NCBI RefSeq assembly: GCF_009914755.1
Contig: NC_060931.1
DNA: 64,000 nucleotides
DNA from: the human T2T-CHM13v2.0 reference genome, Homo sapiens
Strand: one strand, 5' to 3'
Numbering within the stretch: position 1 is the first letter of the stretch; every line of letters starts with the position of its first letter. Made by a program: the position numbers and the translations under genes. The notes beneath the pieces were generated by a model that saw only the letters and a list, made by a program, of their open reading frames with translations, was not told the DNA's origin and ran no database searches. Below are positions 45,610-62,975 of this stretch, one piece after another.

Positions 45610-46302
45610 TTACCCTGACAAGTGGTCCTTTCAATGGAGCGTGTATTCAGAGGATGTCAGAGCCATGTTGTCATGACTCTCTGACAACCCCAGTTCTTGT
45701 ACAGACATCGTGCTTCCCTAATATGTGTGCTTCAAACTTTACTACAGCTTAATTCTATCCTTTCCTTCAAATGGATAACCTGGTAACCCATGGCTTTTGG
45801 CTTATTAAGTTGGTGATGCTTCCAAGTCTTCCTTTGTCTGTTTCAATCCTCCAAAAGGTTTAAGGTAAGTGCCTGTTAAGCACCTAGCCCTTTTTAGCAA
45901 TCTTGTTACTCCTCTATTTTGTTGGCCTCTCAAGTTACTGAATAGAACCTTTATTGCAGATTCCTTGAACCCAAACTTCTGTCTCTGCCCTGAACAGATG
46001 GTTCCCCAGACGTGGCAGAGCCTCTTTAGCCTATCGAAGCTAGTGCTTTTCCTGCCAGTTCCTGGCTTCTGCTGCCCTCTAGCATCCATTAGTAGCATGG
46101 CAGGACTTGAAACAATAAAGTCATATTTTTACTGAAATGAATTACTTGATGGGTTATTTTTGCTTCATGCAAATACAGATTTAAAAAAAGAAAACCTGTG
46201 ACATATAATACTGCTACTGTTCTGTGATTCTCCTGCCCCCAGGCCTAAGTCAGAGCCTGGTTTTAAGGGCAGGGCTATAATGCGACTGATAATAATATCT
46301 AG

Positions 46303-46687
<385 letters not shown>

Positions 46688-46951
46688 TCAAGAGTCAATT
46701 CTTTAAGCCTTTCGCCTGCTCATTTGAAATCTTGGCATAGGAACCCTGCAAATAAAGAAGCAATAAAAACAACTTAAATATCTAGCAATCAAGGATTACT
46801 TAAATAAATTGTGGTACACCTTACAATAGTTTATTTTGTGACTATTAACTATTAGGTTTAAAAAAAAATCCAAAATTATGTGGAAATGCTTACAATGTAA
46901 TATTAAATGCAATAGCTAAACATTAAAAAAAAAAAAAAAAGAATTACTGTA

Positions 46952-47247
<296 letters not shown>

Positions 47248-48464
47248 AGAATTACTGTAACATCCCAATAATAGAGAAAGAAATGGTCTGAAATGTTACT
47301 AGTTGTTGTTTGTATTATCCAATAAGCATGTGTTACATTTTACAGTCATAAAATCTGCACCTGTAAATGCTAAACTGTGGGTCACTCATGCCTGAGTACA
47401 AGACTGAGAGAGTAAGATCTCCAAAAAGAACTATTGTGGCCCATACAGGTGGTCATAGTGATGACAGCGGCATCACGATAGCCAAAGACATATTCGTTTG
47501 AGTAAGGTAAAATGTTACAATGGCAAGACAAACTAGAGTGTTAGTCACATTCTCTTGCCTCTCTGCCTAGGGTTTGGAAGATGATCCCTTTTAGCAAATT
47601 AAGCCCCCTACGTTTTTCAACAGTTTACAAGAGTGTGGCTTCAAAGTGCATTACCAGCTGTTTTTCTACTTTGAGAAGGCAGAATCATGAGCAATTTACA
47701 TAACTATATGTTTTTTAAACTAAATGTGACTTTTTATATAACCAGGCTGGTGAAATAGGATTTTTCACCATTTACATAAACAACACTGATACTATCATAG
47801 AAGTGGAATTGCGGTATCAACTTTCATAAATATGGTGAAGATTTCCTATCTACAGTCAATTTCCTTCTAGAAAGTTTATACCAATTGACACTACAGGTGT
47901 GGAGTACATAAGATAGGCTGCAGATTATGTACATCTTGTAGCATACTTGCTGCAAATCTGGTTTCTCTCTTTCAAAAACACAGAAAGGCTGTTATAAGAA
48001 TAATCATGACATGTGTTCTTAGATTATTTCTTTAAGTAAATTCTACTCAAATTTTGATTCTTCCCCACTGAGAGTAGCAAACTTCTTGCCACTCAACACA
48101 TATGCACAATAATACATTGTGTCATGGCAAATACAAGAAATTTGCTACCCACAATGAGGACCAGATGCCACCAGAGCACGTGCTGCTGCCCTGGAGTGAG
48201 TACTTACAGAGTACAATCAGAATCCTTACATTTTCCTTGTTTTCATTTTTAGAAAGTACTTTTGGTAAAAAGAAAACATTTAAAATTGTATTTTGTTGGC
48301 ATTTCTGAGTTCCTTTCATTGTACTTCCCTCACATTCTATCTGTTAACTAAATACTAGGTTTCCCAATATTTTTCAGTGGTAATTTCTATGGCCATCATT
48401 AAAAAGTAAGATGTGAATTTCCCCAAAAACACAAAAACTAGATTTCATCTTTACTTCTTATTAT

Positions 48465-48595
48465 TCATTCACAATTTAACAACCATTTGTTGAATATCTG
48501 TTATATGCTAGGCATTATTGTAGGAATTGGGACTATAACAGTAAATGAAAATGACCAAAAAAAAAAATCCCTGATCTCGTTAAGCTTATATTTCA
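48465..48595 (-). mobile_element. L2 3' end
   Basis: cattcacaatttaacaaccatttgttgaatatctgttatatgctaggca. Confidence 0.65.
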
Positions 48596-48779
48596 TGATT
48601 TTTTTCTCTTAAGTATTTGCTATCCATAATAAATTCAGATTTAGACATTTCTGAACCAAAGCTATTTTGTAATGAAATTTCAGGATAAAATTTTACCCAC
48701 AGCTCTTCATGGTATAATTGTCCTTCTTGCTCCTCCGCTGTTACTTCCAGACCATTCTCCTATTCCTTTTAAGAAAGAA

Positions 48780-51670
48780 ACCTAACCTTATTCTCTTCAT
48801 CAAGCCATATCACCCTCTACCCTCCTTGTTGTAGTCATCTGTTCACCTCCAGATCACTTCCTTTAATGCCTTGGATATTTGGGCTTTGGGCCCACTTCTA
48901 GTACTGTCTCCAACACTACTTCGGTCATAATTCATGATTATTTTAATGTCCTGATCTGATCAATGGTCCTAATACTCTGCATTCTTAATTACTTGATCTC
49001 CTCTTTTCCAATCAATGGTCTTATCCTCTATCCTATCTCAGGCAATGACTCCCCATAGTCACACCTAAGTATTGTTATTACTGATAATTGCAGCTACCCA
49101 TAATTTTTATTTCAGACATTCCATTCACTAACCATGATCTTTTTATCTCTCCAGCTCACTCTTTCCAGTTTTCTGACTGTAACAATTCTTTGATCTCATA
49201 GAGACCTATAGTCCATTGATCTTATCACCTTTCAGTGTTCCTAACTCAACTGAAATCTTCATTTTCTTATCTTCCCAGATTAATTGCATCATTGCATCTT
49301 TATATTCATCCTTTAAGTATACTATCAACTCCCTTGCTCTTTTCTCACTGTCTCTATACTAGCCTCCACATTCTGCACCTGCATTCACTCAATGGAATGT
49401 GAATGGGGAGAAAAAAATGCACACACACCCCAAATCATTCCAGTTGGTCTCTTGCTTTGAATTCATAACCACTAAGTAAAGGTGCTTTGCTGCCAAGCAA
49501 TTATACTTTGTCTCTTCTAGTTTATTCTTTCTCCCTCTCTCATAGACCACTATTTCATGCTTTCTTCTTTCATAGGCATCTATCATCACCTTTTCCACCA
49601 TCCTCAATCTCAGCTAATGATATTTTTTTCCTATTTCCTTAAAAAACACTGAAAGCAAATCAGAAGAGAATATCCACAAACTCTTAACCACCATGTATAA
49701 CCACCTGCCTTCTTCCGTGTCCAATACTCTGCCTTCTGTTTTACTGCTATGAAGGCATTTGCCATGCTTCTAGTTAGGTCAAGTCCTGAACATATTCCCT
49801 GTCACCTACTGATATGGTTTGGCTCTGTGTCCCCACCCAAATCTCATCTCGAATTGTAATCCCCATGTATTGGGGAGGGGCCTTGTGGGAGGTGATTGAA
49901 TCATGGGGCAGAGTTCCCCTTTGCTGTTCTCGTGATAGTGAGTTCTCACAAGATCTGGTTGTTTGAAAGTGTGTGGCACTTCCCCCTTCTCTCTCTCTCT
50001 CTCTTTCTCTTTCCTCTCTCTCTCCTCTCTCTCTCTCTCTTCTGCAGCCATGTAAGATGTACCTTGCTTCCCCTTCATCTTCTGCCATGATTGTAAGTTT
50101 CATGAGGCTTCCCCAGCCATGCAGAACTGTGAGTCAATTAAACCTCTTTTCTTTATAAATTACCCAGTCTCAGGTAGTTCTTTATAGCAGTGTGAAAGCA
50201 AACTAATACATCTACTTAAGGACATAGCTCTAGCTATTTTCTCCTCTCTCATGCATTATCAATTTTCCCTTTCTACTGAGACTTTTCCATCAGCATAAAA
50301 ATGAACTATAATATTACTCATCTTGGCAAAATAAACTCTCTTCTTTCAACTTCCTTTACCAGTTACTTCCCCACTTCTCTGCTCTCTTTATATCAGAACT
50401 CCCTAAAAGGTTGCCAGTGACTTGCTTAATCCAGTTCTAGTGTTTCCGTTCTCTCTTGCACCTATTTCAATCAGGCTTTTGTTCTCATCACTCCACTGAA
50501 ACAGCTCTCTTCAGGAATGGCCTCTATGTTCCTATATCTCGGTCCTTACCTTACTTGGTATTTCCCTTCTCCTTGAATATTTTGTTTATTCTGCTTCCAG
50601 AACATGTCCCCGGGCTTCCCCTACCTCACTAGTTACTTCTAACCATCTTTTATGCTTTGTTGGTTTTTTTTTTTCATATTGTTGCCATGCCCCAGGGTTC
50701 ATTCCTTAGTTCTCTTCTATTCATATTTTACACCCTTTCATCTACCACAAGGCTTTGAATACTCTCTATATGATGAAACTTCCCAAAGTTTTACCTCCAA
50801 CCCAAGTCTCTCCCCCAGCCTCCAGACACATATATTTAATTACCTATTAAATATGTCCCTTTTGATGTCCAATATACACCCAAACTTAATATGCTTAGCA
50901 CAAAACTCATAATATTTTTGCTCAAACTTGCTTTTCCCACAGGCTAACCCATTTCAGTGAATGGTAACCATCCTACCGGTCAGCAAAACTTTGGAGCTAT
51001 CATTGGCTCTTTGGTTTTTACACTCTACATCTAATCCATCAGCAAATCCCATCAGCTCTACCTTCAAAATATGTTCAGAGTCTGACCAATGCTCACCACC
51101 TCCACAGCAACCACACTTAGTCTAATTTCTCTTCTAATTATCTCAATAGTATCTTAGCTGTTCCCCTTTTTTCAACTTCCCTCTCCCCTACCTCCTGCCA
51201 CCCCACACATACACCATCTACTCTCGACACAGGAACCAAAGTAATCCTTTCAAAACACGTGTCAAACTACATCACTCCACTGTTCAAAATCCTCCCATGG
51301 TTCTCCAGCTCACTTAAAGAAAAAGCCAAGACTGTACAATGGTCTACAAGACCCTACAAAGTCTGATCCCCCAGCACTTCTCTGACCTCATCTACTACTT
51401 GGTCCCCCAGCACTTCTCTGACTTCATCTACTACTTTCTTCCTTGCTCACGGTACTCCAATGATGGTGGCCTCTCTACTTTATACATGCAGGCAACTTTT
51501 TGCCTCACAGCTCTTGCACATGTTACTCTCTCTGCCAGAATACTCTTCCCTAAATATCCACATGACCCACCCATGCCTGCATCAACTTCGTATTTTCAGA
51601 TCTATAATCTCAAATGTCATCTTAGCAAGGTGTTACCCTAGCATTCCATTTAAAATTGTTAACTTCATAT
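48780..51670 (+). mobile_element. Long L2 (L2a-like) fragment, interrupted by a MaLR LTR
   Basis: CT-rich L2 body: caatcaggcttttgttctcatcactccactgaaacagctc, aatccatcagcaaatccc, ctacaagaccctac. Confidence 0.75.
49810..50210 (+). mobile_element. THE1D/MSTA-type MaLR solo LTR with internal (CT)n
   Basis: tgatatggtttggctctgtgtccccacccaaatctcatc ... aactaataca; TSD cctac/tctac. Confidence 0.92.
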
Positions 51671-52024
51671 TCTTCCTGCCTTCCTAAATAATTTAGTTCA
51701 AAGGCCCAGCAAGGTAGTCATTTATGCAGGGTTGGGGTGGGGTGACACACTTGTGCATTGTGCTGCGCAAGGCAAGGAGGCCATCAGTACAGGGGGCTCT
51801 GGCAAAGGGAGCATGAAGCAGGCTGTCAGTACCTAAACAGGATAAGGTAGAAAGAGGATAAAGAGCTCAGTCCTGTCGAGGAAGGGTGCTGGTAGGAGAA
51901 TCAGGAAATTGGTTCCATTCAGAAGGGACTCATCTAATGCATAAATATGTTAAGGGGGATGGCAGCCCAGTTTCTCACTGTGGGAAAAGGGAGTTACAAT
52001 ATGGAGAGATAGAAAACTATGATG

Positions 52025-52374
<350 letters not shown>

Positions 52375-53740
52375 TCATGTTTTCAGTATATATAAATATA
52401 AAAATGAATATGTAAATAAATATGTGCATGTGTATATGTATATGAGCATATATATATACATACATACAAATTAATGTATTTATATGTATATTTATACATA
52501 TAATTCCAGCTCTGTCCACTAAAAATATATGGGAGAAATAAAGGGCATCTAAGTTGGGAAGGAAGAAGTCAAATTATCTATTTTTGCAGATGATATAATT
52601 TCATATTTGGAAAAACCTAAAGACTCCACCAAAAAACTGTTAATTAAACAACATGAGTTTAAAACAAAACAAAACAAAACTATTAGAACAAATTCAGCAA
52701 AGTTGCAGGATAGAAAATCAACATACAAAAATCAGTAGCATTTCTACATGCCAATAGTGAAAACTCCGAAAGAGAAATCAAAAAAGCAATCCCATTTAAA
52801 ACAACCACACATAAATTAAATCCCTAGGAGCTAACCAAAGAAGTGAAAGGTCTCTACAATGAAAATTATAAAAGACTGATGAAAGAAATTGAAGAGGATA
52901 CCAGAAAATGGAATGATAGCCCACGTTCATGGCTTGGAAGAATCAATACTGTTATAATGTCCCTGCAACCCAAAGCAATCTATAGATTCAATGCAATCCC
53001 TATAAAAATACCAATGACATTCATCACAGAAATAGAAAAAAACAATCCTACAATTTATGTGGAACCACAAAAGACCCAGAATAGCCAAAGCCACCCTGAG
53101 CAAAAAGAAGAAAACTGGAGAAATCACATTACCTACCTTCAAATTATACTACAGAGCTATAGTGACCAACAGCATGGTACTGGCATAAAAACAGACACAT
53201 AGACCAATGGAACAGAATGGAGAATACATAAACAAATCCACACACCTACAGTGAACTCATTTTCAACAAAGGTGCCAAGAACATACATTGAGGAAAAGAC
53301 AGTCTCTTCAATAAATGGTGCTAGAAAAACTGGATATCCACAGGCAGAAAAATGAAACTTGACCCCTATCTCTCGCCTTATACAAAAATCAAATCAAATG
53401 GATTAAAGACAAAATTAAGACTTTGAACTATGAAACTACTAAAAAAAACATTGGGGAAACTCTTCAGGACATTGGTCTGGGCAAAAATTTCTCAAGTAAT
53501 ACCCCACGAGCACAGGCAATTAAAGCAAAAATGGACAAATTGGATCATATCAAGTTTAAAAGCTTCTGCATAGCAAAGGAAACAATCAACAAAGTTAAAA
53601 GACAACCCACAAATTGGGAGAAAATATTTTCAAATTCCCCATCTGACAAAGGATTAATAACCATGGATTAATCCAAAGGGTTAATCAAACATTTCTATAG
53701 GAAAAGATCTAATAATCTAGTTTTAAAAATGAGCAAAAGA

Positions 53741-54043
53741 GGCCCGGTGCGGTGGCTCATGTCTGTAATCCCGGTACTTTGGGAGGCCGAGGCGGGTGGA
53801 TCACCTGAGGTCAGGAGTTCAAGACCAGCCTGACCAACATAGTGAAACCCCATCTCTACTAAAAATACAAAAATTAGCCCGGCATGGTGGCGCATGCTGG
53901 TAGCTACCTCCAGTTACTAGGGAGGCTGAGGCAGGAGAATCACTTGAACCCAGGAGGTGGAGGTTGTGGTGAGCCGAGATCACACCACTGTACTTCAGCT
54001 AGAGCAACAGAGCAAGACTCCGTCTCAAAAAAAAAAAAAAAAA
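53741..54043 (+). mobile_element. AluS
   Basis: Dimer; TSD gagcaaaa. Confidence 0.95.
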
Positions 54044-54786
54044 GAGCAAAAAATTTGAATACGCATTTCTCAAAATAAAATATACAAACAGCAGGCATAT
54101 GAAAAGATGCTCAACATCCTTGATCATTAGAGAAATGCAAATCAAAACTACAATGAGATAGTATCTCAACCCAGTTAAAGTGGCTTATATCCAAAAGACA
54201 AGCAATGAAAAATGTTGGTGAGAAAGGGACACCCTTATACATTGTTGGTGGAAATGTGAATTTGTAAAACCACTACAGAGAACACTTTGGAGGTTCCTCA
54301 AAAAACTAAAAATAGAGCTACCTACTGCTTCATATATACCCAAAAGAAAGGAAATCAGTATATTGAAGAGATATCTGCACTCCCATATGTGTTGCAGCAC
54401 TGCTCACAATAGCCAAGATGTGGAAACAACAGATTAATGGATAAACAAAATGTGACATATATACACAATGGAGTAGTATTCAGCTGTAAAAAAGAAAGAG
54501 ATCCTGTCATCTGCAACAACACGGTGGAACTGGAGGTCATTAAGTGAAGTAAGCCAGGTATAAAAAGACAAGCTTTGCATGTTCTTAGTTATTTGTGTGA
54601 GCTAAAAATGAAAACAATTGAATTCATAAAGATAGAGTATAAAAGGATGGTTAACGGAGGCTGGAAAGCGTACTGGACGATTGGGGAAAGGTTGGGATGA
54701 TTAATGGGTACAAAAAAAATTTAGAAAAAATGAGTACGACCTAGTATTTACAAAACAACATGGTGACTATAGTCAATAATAATTTA

Positions 54787-55146
<360 letters not shown>

Positions 55147-55339
55147 TTACACAAAAGTTAAGTGCTTGAGGTGATGAATATCCATTTTCTTTGATGTGAT
55201 CATTACTCATTGCATGCCTGTATCAAAGTACCTCATGTACCCCATAAATATATACACCTATGTACCCACAAAAAATTAAAAAACAATAATAAATAAAAAA
55301 TTTTTTTAAAAAGTTATGGTAACAGAAATACCCTATTAG

Positions 55340-55500
55340 CAGCTAGGTGTGGTGGCATGTACCTGTAGCCAAGCATGGTAGCATGAACCTGTAGTCAGCT
55401 ACGTGAAAGGCTGAAAAGAGAGAAAAAGAGGATCACCTGAGCCCAGGAGTTCAAGATCACCCTAGGCAACACAGGGAGACCCCTATCTCCAAGGGAAAAA
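55340..55500 (+). mobile_element. FLAM-like monomer
   Basis: gatcacctgagcccaggagttcaag...ggcaacacagggagaccc. Confidence 0.7.
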
Positions 55501-55519
55501 AGTAAAGAAAAATAAATAT

Positions 55520-56970
<1,451 letters not shown>

Positions 56971-57655
56971 CTATCCCCTTCTCCACTTAATTTTTCTCCA
57001 GAGCACTTATCAACATCTGACATATATTTTACGTATTTGTTATTGTCTGCCTCTCTCTACCAGAATATAAACTATATGGAATTTTCAGCACAGTTTCACT
57101 TAATGACATACATGGAGTAGACTCTCTTGTCCAAAGGTAACACTTTCTGCAGAAATGCAATGTTACCACTCCTAGACAAACACAGATTTACTGTAAAGGA
57201 CAGTTTAGCCCCTTAGAGCTCCAGATTTCCAAACTCCTCCAATTTTGTTGGTAGTTGTATGTAATGAAATAGCCCAAAGCAGTTTTCCAGAACAAAAAGA
57301 AATAGTGTGCTTCCAAGTCAATTCTGGTTACCCCTCTTTCAAGTCAAGTTTAATATAAAAAAAAAATCTTCTGAGTTTGAATGGATAATTTTTCTAGCTT
57401 CCTCTAATCTTATCAAAGTTTTCAACGTTCTTTGGGCAAATCTAAGACAAGACATCTTGTTAAATCATCTATTGACATTTTAAAATGTACGCCAGGAAAA
57501 GAGTCATAGAATATTTCCATTTGAAAGAGCAGAGCAGAATTAATCCAAAGTAAGTTTTTACTTTTTTGAATCCATTTTATTAGTCATAGAGTTCTCTAGA
57601 ATTCTGTTAAATTAATATAAAAATGTTATGGGAGGCAGAGGAGTATTCAGCATAA

Positions 57656-57978
<323 letters not shown>

Positions 57979-58247
57979 TGAGTTTTATAGTCAGAAAGAC
58001 AGGGCTTCATTCCAGCTTCGCCAATTATTAGCATTATAATCTTGGACAGTTATTTAACCTATGTTCTTGTTTTCTTATTATAAAACTGGTATAATAATGC
58101 TAGTGCCTACCTCATAGGGCAATCATAAAGATAAAAAATAATAATAAAGCACTTGGCACAGGGCTAGCACATAGCGACACACATAAATGATAACCTTTAA
58201 TTTTTATATGTGTAACTTAAATTTTAAAAACATATATAAAAAAATCA

Positions 58248-58560
<313 letters not shown>

Positions 58561-58563
58561 TCA

Positions 58564-58658
58564 GACTGGTCCAAGTGGTGTTTATAACTAATTGATCACA
58601 ACCAGTTACAGATTTCTTTGTTCCTTCTCCATTCTCACTGCTTCACTTGACTAGCCTT
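58564..58658 (+). pseudogene. Y3 RNA (RNY3) retropseudogene
   Basis: gactggtccaagtggtgtttataactaattgatcacaaccagttacagatttctttgttccttctccattctcactgcttcacttgactagcctt matches hY3 with a ~5-nt 5' deletion and a few substitutions. Confidence 0.93.
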
Positions 58659-59374
58659 GAAGAAATTGTAAAATATATGTAAAATATAAATATGTAATAA
58701 ACCTAACTGAAGGAAATTACACAAAGTTGTGGCTTTTTCTTCCAACTTTCATTCTGGTAAAGTTTTACACAGGAGGTCTCATTTTCTGTAATTCATGTTA
58801 ACATATCCTTGAAAAATTATGCCATTGTGTGATATAAATGTAAAAATGTGGCTTTGACTTTGCACTGTTAATGTTTACAGGACAGTCAAATTGTATGTAG
58901 AAATTATATTATTTCATATTGAAGTTGATTTGTACAATATGATGTTCTATTTTCATTTGCACACATTTGGCCCTTACTGATTAAATAATTTCCCAAATCA
59001 GCTTGAACTTATCATCTCTGTTTATAGCTGAGGGTAACAACCAAATTGTTTTTGAACTAATTTACATAGTAAGTATAGTAGAATTCCTCTTCTGTATAAA
59101 GTATCAGATATAAATATTAGTTCTATTAAATGCTAAAGAATTTAGCAATGTAAATTACTTATGTGATCTGTATGCATTTGTATTTAAAACATTTAATTTT
59201 AGCATAATAAAAACAAAGCAATTGTTACATGGGCTGCTGTTTTCTCATTTTTAATTATGTTGATAACTTATCCCTAGTTTCATAATGAATCTAGTTTTGT
59301 AAAGCTAGCCCCACTTGTTCCTAATTCACTTAACTCTAAAGTTAGGTGGCAAAATGTGTCCAGTTCTCAGACCT

Positions 59375-59680
<306 letters not shown>

Positions 59681-59762
59681 AGGGCTGGTCTTGAGTTTCA
59701 GATCTTCTGTCTTACGCTAAACTCAGCTAATGGCAGGAAAGCTTACATTGATTGATGATACA

Positions 59763-59817
59763 AGGATGGTCAGCAAATACCTCAGAAGCCAGGATGGTCA
59801 GCAAATACCTCAGAAGC
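59763..59817. repeat. Perfect 28-bp tandem duplication
   Basis: aggatggtcagcaaatacctcagaagc(c) twice. Confidence 0.97.
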
Positions 59818-59985
59818 TACAACTCACAAGCTCAATGTAATGTTACTTCCATTTTAGCTAAGTTGTCTACCATAGTTTAGACATTTCTGGAGGAACAATT
59901 AAGCTTGTAGTAAACTTTAGATCAACTTACCTTATATATTCATATTTTCCAAAAAATTTCCAGAAGCTGCCAAACCAAAGATTGT

Positions 59986-62090
59986 TGTATCAGTCAGAGT
60001 AGGCTAGGTTGTCCTACAATAACAGTAATACTCTCACTACAGTTTATCACAGGTCGGCTTGGGTTGCTGTCCCACCAGCCTGCAGGCAGAAAGAGGCTCC
60101 ATCTCCATATTACAAGCCAAGAAGAAGAAAGAGTAGCAAGTTACACATTAGCTCTTAAAATTATAACCAGAAATGGCATATTACCACTTACATTTCACTG
60201 GTAAAAGCAAGACACATTGTTTCATCTAACTGCAAAGGAACAAGGAAATGTAATCCTACCGTGTACCAAAAAAGGCGTGAACAGGGAAGATTTGGTGAGT
60301 GGCAATAATGACCACCATAATATGCCCTACACCTGACCAAATATCCTATTCGTTATTCTTCCACAGGCAAAATATACTTATTACCTCTCCATAGAGACAA
60401 TCCAAAATGGCATCAAGCTCAGAGTTCAGGATCTCTGGGTCATATGCAAAAGTCTCTTACATCTGGGGTTAATATAAAGCCCTGGCAGTGGCTTCTCTTG
60501 ATCTTAAGTCTAAGAACTAGAAAAGCAAGTTATCTGTCCCACAAACACATTATACAATAGTGAAGCAGGACAGGATAACCAAGATAACCATTCAGAAGGT
60601 GGAAAAATGAAAGAAACACTCTAGGAGACATTGATCCTTAGCAATTCTGAAATCTACAGGGCAAAATTATGAGGATCCCATTACATGAGGTGAAAAATAA
60701 CTTTTGATTAGGCCCTGATTTTACTTCCCGAAAGTAACACCCTTCCCATTTTTCTTCATGGTGCCTGGCTCCACCCTCTGAGAGAGTCTTCCTTTCCCAT
60801 AGTTTCTTTGGCCACACGTGAAGGGGCACCAAAATATATACCCTCTTTGGAGTTCGAGCTGCTTTCTCCTGCCCATAGATGGCATTATTTTAAGGCTCAA
60901 ACAGTCACAATTATTTTTACTCCAATCTAATGGTTTACCAGTATCACTTTACTACAAACATAGCAAACTTTCTGTCTATCTGATTCCACTTATTTCTATG
61001 TGCCAATAGCCACAGCCATCACTCATTTCTGGACACACTTCCTTGATTTGTTTTGTTATTTCTTTGTTCCGCTTTCTTGTCACCATACCACACCCATCTC
61101 TAATGTAATTATGTATTCCATGAGCCTATCAAGACTAGAGGATAACTGCTTCAATCTCTTTTTGCTAAGCTACGTTGTTCAATTGAAAAGATTTACTGAA
61201 TGCTCCCTGAAGTCATTCACGAGTTTTAGCAACGGATATAATGAGCAAACACTTGGTTTGATCCTTATCATACATACAGTTGAATTTTAATGGCCTTGTC
61301 ACTTTGTATTTACTAGTTGAGATTGTGAAGCAGCTGCCTTGTCCAGATTTGAACATTTCTGAATTTCCGGACTTACTCCATTCCCTTTAATCCTTGCTTA
61401 TAAGTAGACTAATTCTTTTCTGAGCTTGTCTCTGTCTTGTAATACCCTGCCAAATGCAATCAATAGAAGCCAGCTTACATTTCTAATACTTTGCTTAAAA
61501 CCTCTTTCCTAAGAGTTACAAATTCATTTGGATCATAATTCTCCTTCTAAGTCATTGCATGTAATATTTCCCCCAAGAATTGTATCACAATACATGGATT
61601 GCTATCCTTCCAGTCTTCACTAACCATTTTTTGCAGGCTATCTTCAAATCCCTAAGCCAATGCCACAAATTTTAGACTTATGATGTTCCCTACTTCTGGT
61701 ATCAATTTTCTATTGGATAGACTTGATTATGCTTTGGTAACAAATTTGGTAACAATCAAACCCAGTGTCTTAGAACAACAGTGGTCTGTTACTCATGCTA
61801 CATGTCCATTATGAGTAAGCTTGGGTGGGAGTTAGGGGGTGAAGTTAGCCCTATATTCTCCTCACTCAGGAATTCCAACTAAGGAAAGTTCATCTGCCTG
61901 TTTCCATGTTTCAGGGTAAGAGGAAGAACAAACGGTAAAATGTGCACTGACTCATATTTTCTGTGTAGAAGTGACTAGCATTACTTCTGTCCATATATCG
62001 TTATCCAGTGCAAGTCACCTCAAGGTACAGGAGAGTGCAATCCTACCTGCATCTGGAAATATTTAGTGAGTAGAGCTAATTACTCTCTCA
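59986..62090 (-). mobile_element. Ancient MaLR (MLT1J-like) provirus remnant: LTR - internal - LTR
   Basis: Two related LTR-like segments (~59986-60320 and ~61712-62090); cttctggtatcaattt at ~61695 is the reverse complement of the MaLR internal start. Confidence 0.6.
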
Positions 62091-62357
62091 ACTGTTATTG
62101 AGTTCAATATGTAAGGATGTAAATGCTATATTATTTAGACATCTCCCACTTTACTATCACCTTATCCAGGGCTAATTCCGCCTTATGGAAGGATTCTCCT
62201 CTCTCATTCTATTTACCTCCTTTTTAAAGTTGCCTCTCTTAAAAAGGAACATTTATTAAGCAAAAGCAAACCCTTCCTTAGTCTACAATAGCTATGTTCT
62301 TCTTCTACATCGATCTCAATTCACTTCTAATATGACCTCCAAAAGAATATTGGCTCT

Positions 62358-62645
62358 TTAGCCAAAACAACCCTGAAAAAAAAAAAAAAAGCAGGAGGAC
62401 TCATACTTTCTGATTTCCAAACGTACTACAAAGCAATGCAGATCAAGACTGTGTAATGAAACAATGATAGACATAAAGGTAAATGCAATAGAGTTAAGAG
62501 TCTAGAAATTAGCCTATACATCAGTGAATTCACCAATTTTTGACAAAGATGGCAAGTCTCTCCAGTAGGGGAAGAAGAGGCTTTTCAACAAATGGTTCTG
62601 AGATAACTGGACAGCCACATGCAAAAGAATGAAGCTGGACCCTTC
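62358..62645 (+). mobile_element. L1M ORF2 fragment
   Basis: ggaggactcatactttctgatttccaaacgtactacaaagc...ttttcaacaaatggttctg. Confidence 0.8.
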
Positions 62646-62649
62646 GTAT

Positions 62650-62975
62650 TGTGAGGTATAACATTTCATGTGCTACTTTGACAAGTTTAAGCTTCATAGA
62701 CAAGTTTAAGTTCCAAAGTTCTAACAACGGGACCCCTCGCTCTTATTACGTTCTCCCAACTAACAGCAAAGGCTTCCCACCTGGCTAGTTCCCCTATCAG
62801 CTGTACCTGCTACACCCCAGCTAGCCCTCAACCTAGTAAGTTTTACTTTCCTGCCACTCCATGAAATTCAAACAAGCCAATCACATCCTCTCATGGGTAC
62901 CAAGAATTACCTCATCTTTTTATTACTACAAAACCTAACCTCCATGCCCCTGCTTGTTCTTTCTTGTGCAACCCT
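62650..62975 (+). mobile_element. Partial old LTR (ERVL-like), family uncertain
   Basis: TG start; attcaaacaagccaatcacatcc (CCAAT) and tactacaaa segments. Confidence 0.4.

Noticed and set aside
45805-46135. 97-aa and 88-aa ORFs in unique DNA with a + strand AAG|GTAAGT donor nearby
   Set aside because: No recognisable protein and no convincing paired acceptor
58564-58658. Functional RNY3 gene
   Set aside because: Has a 5' deletion and substitutions, lacks the T-run terminator, and has an Alu where the upstream promoter should be
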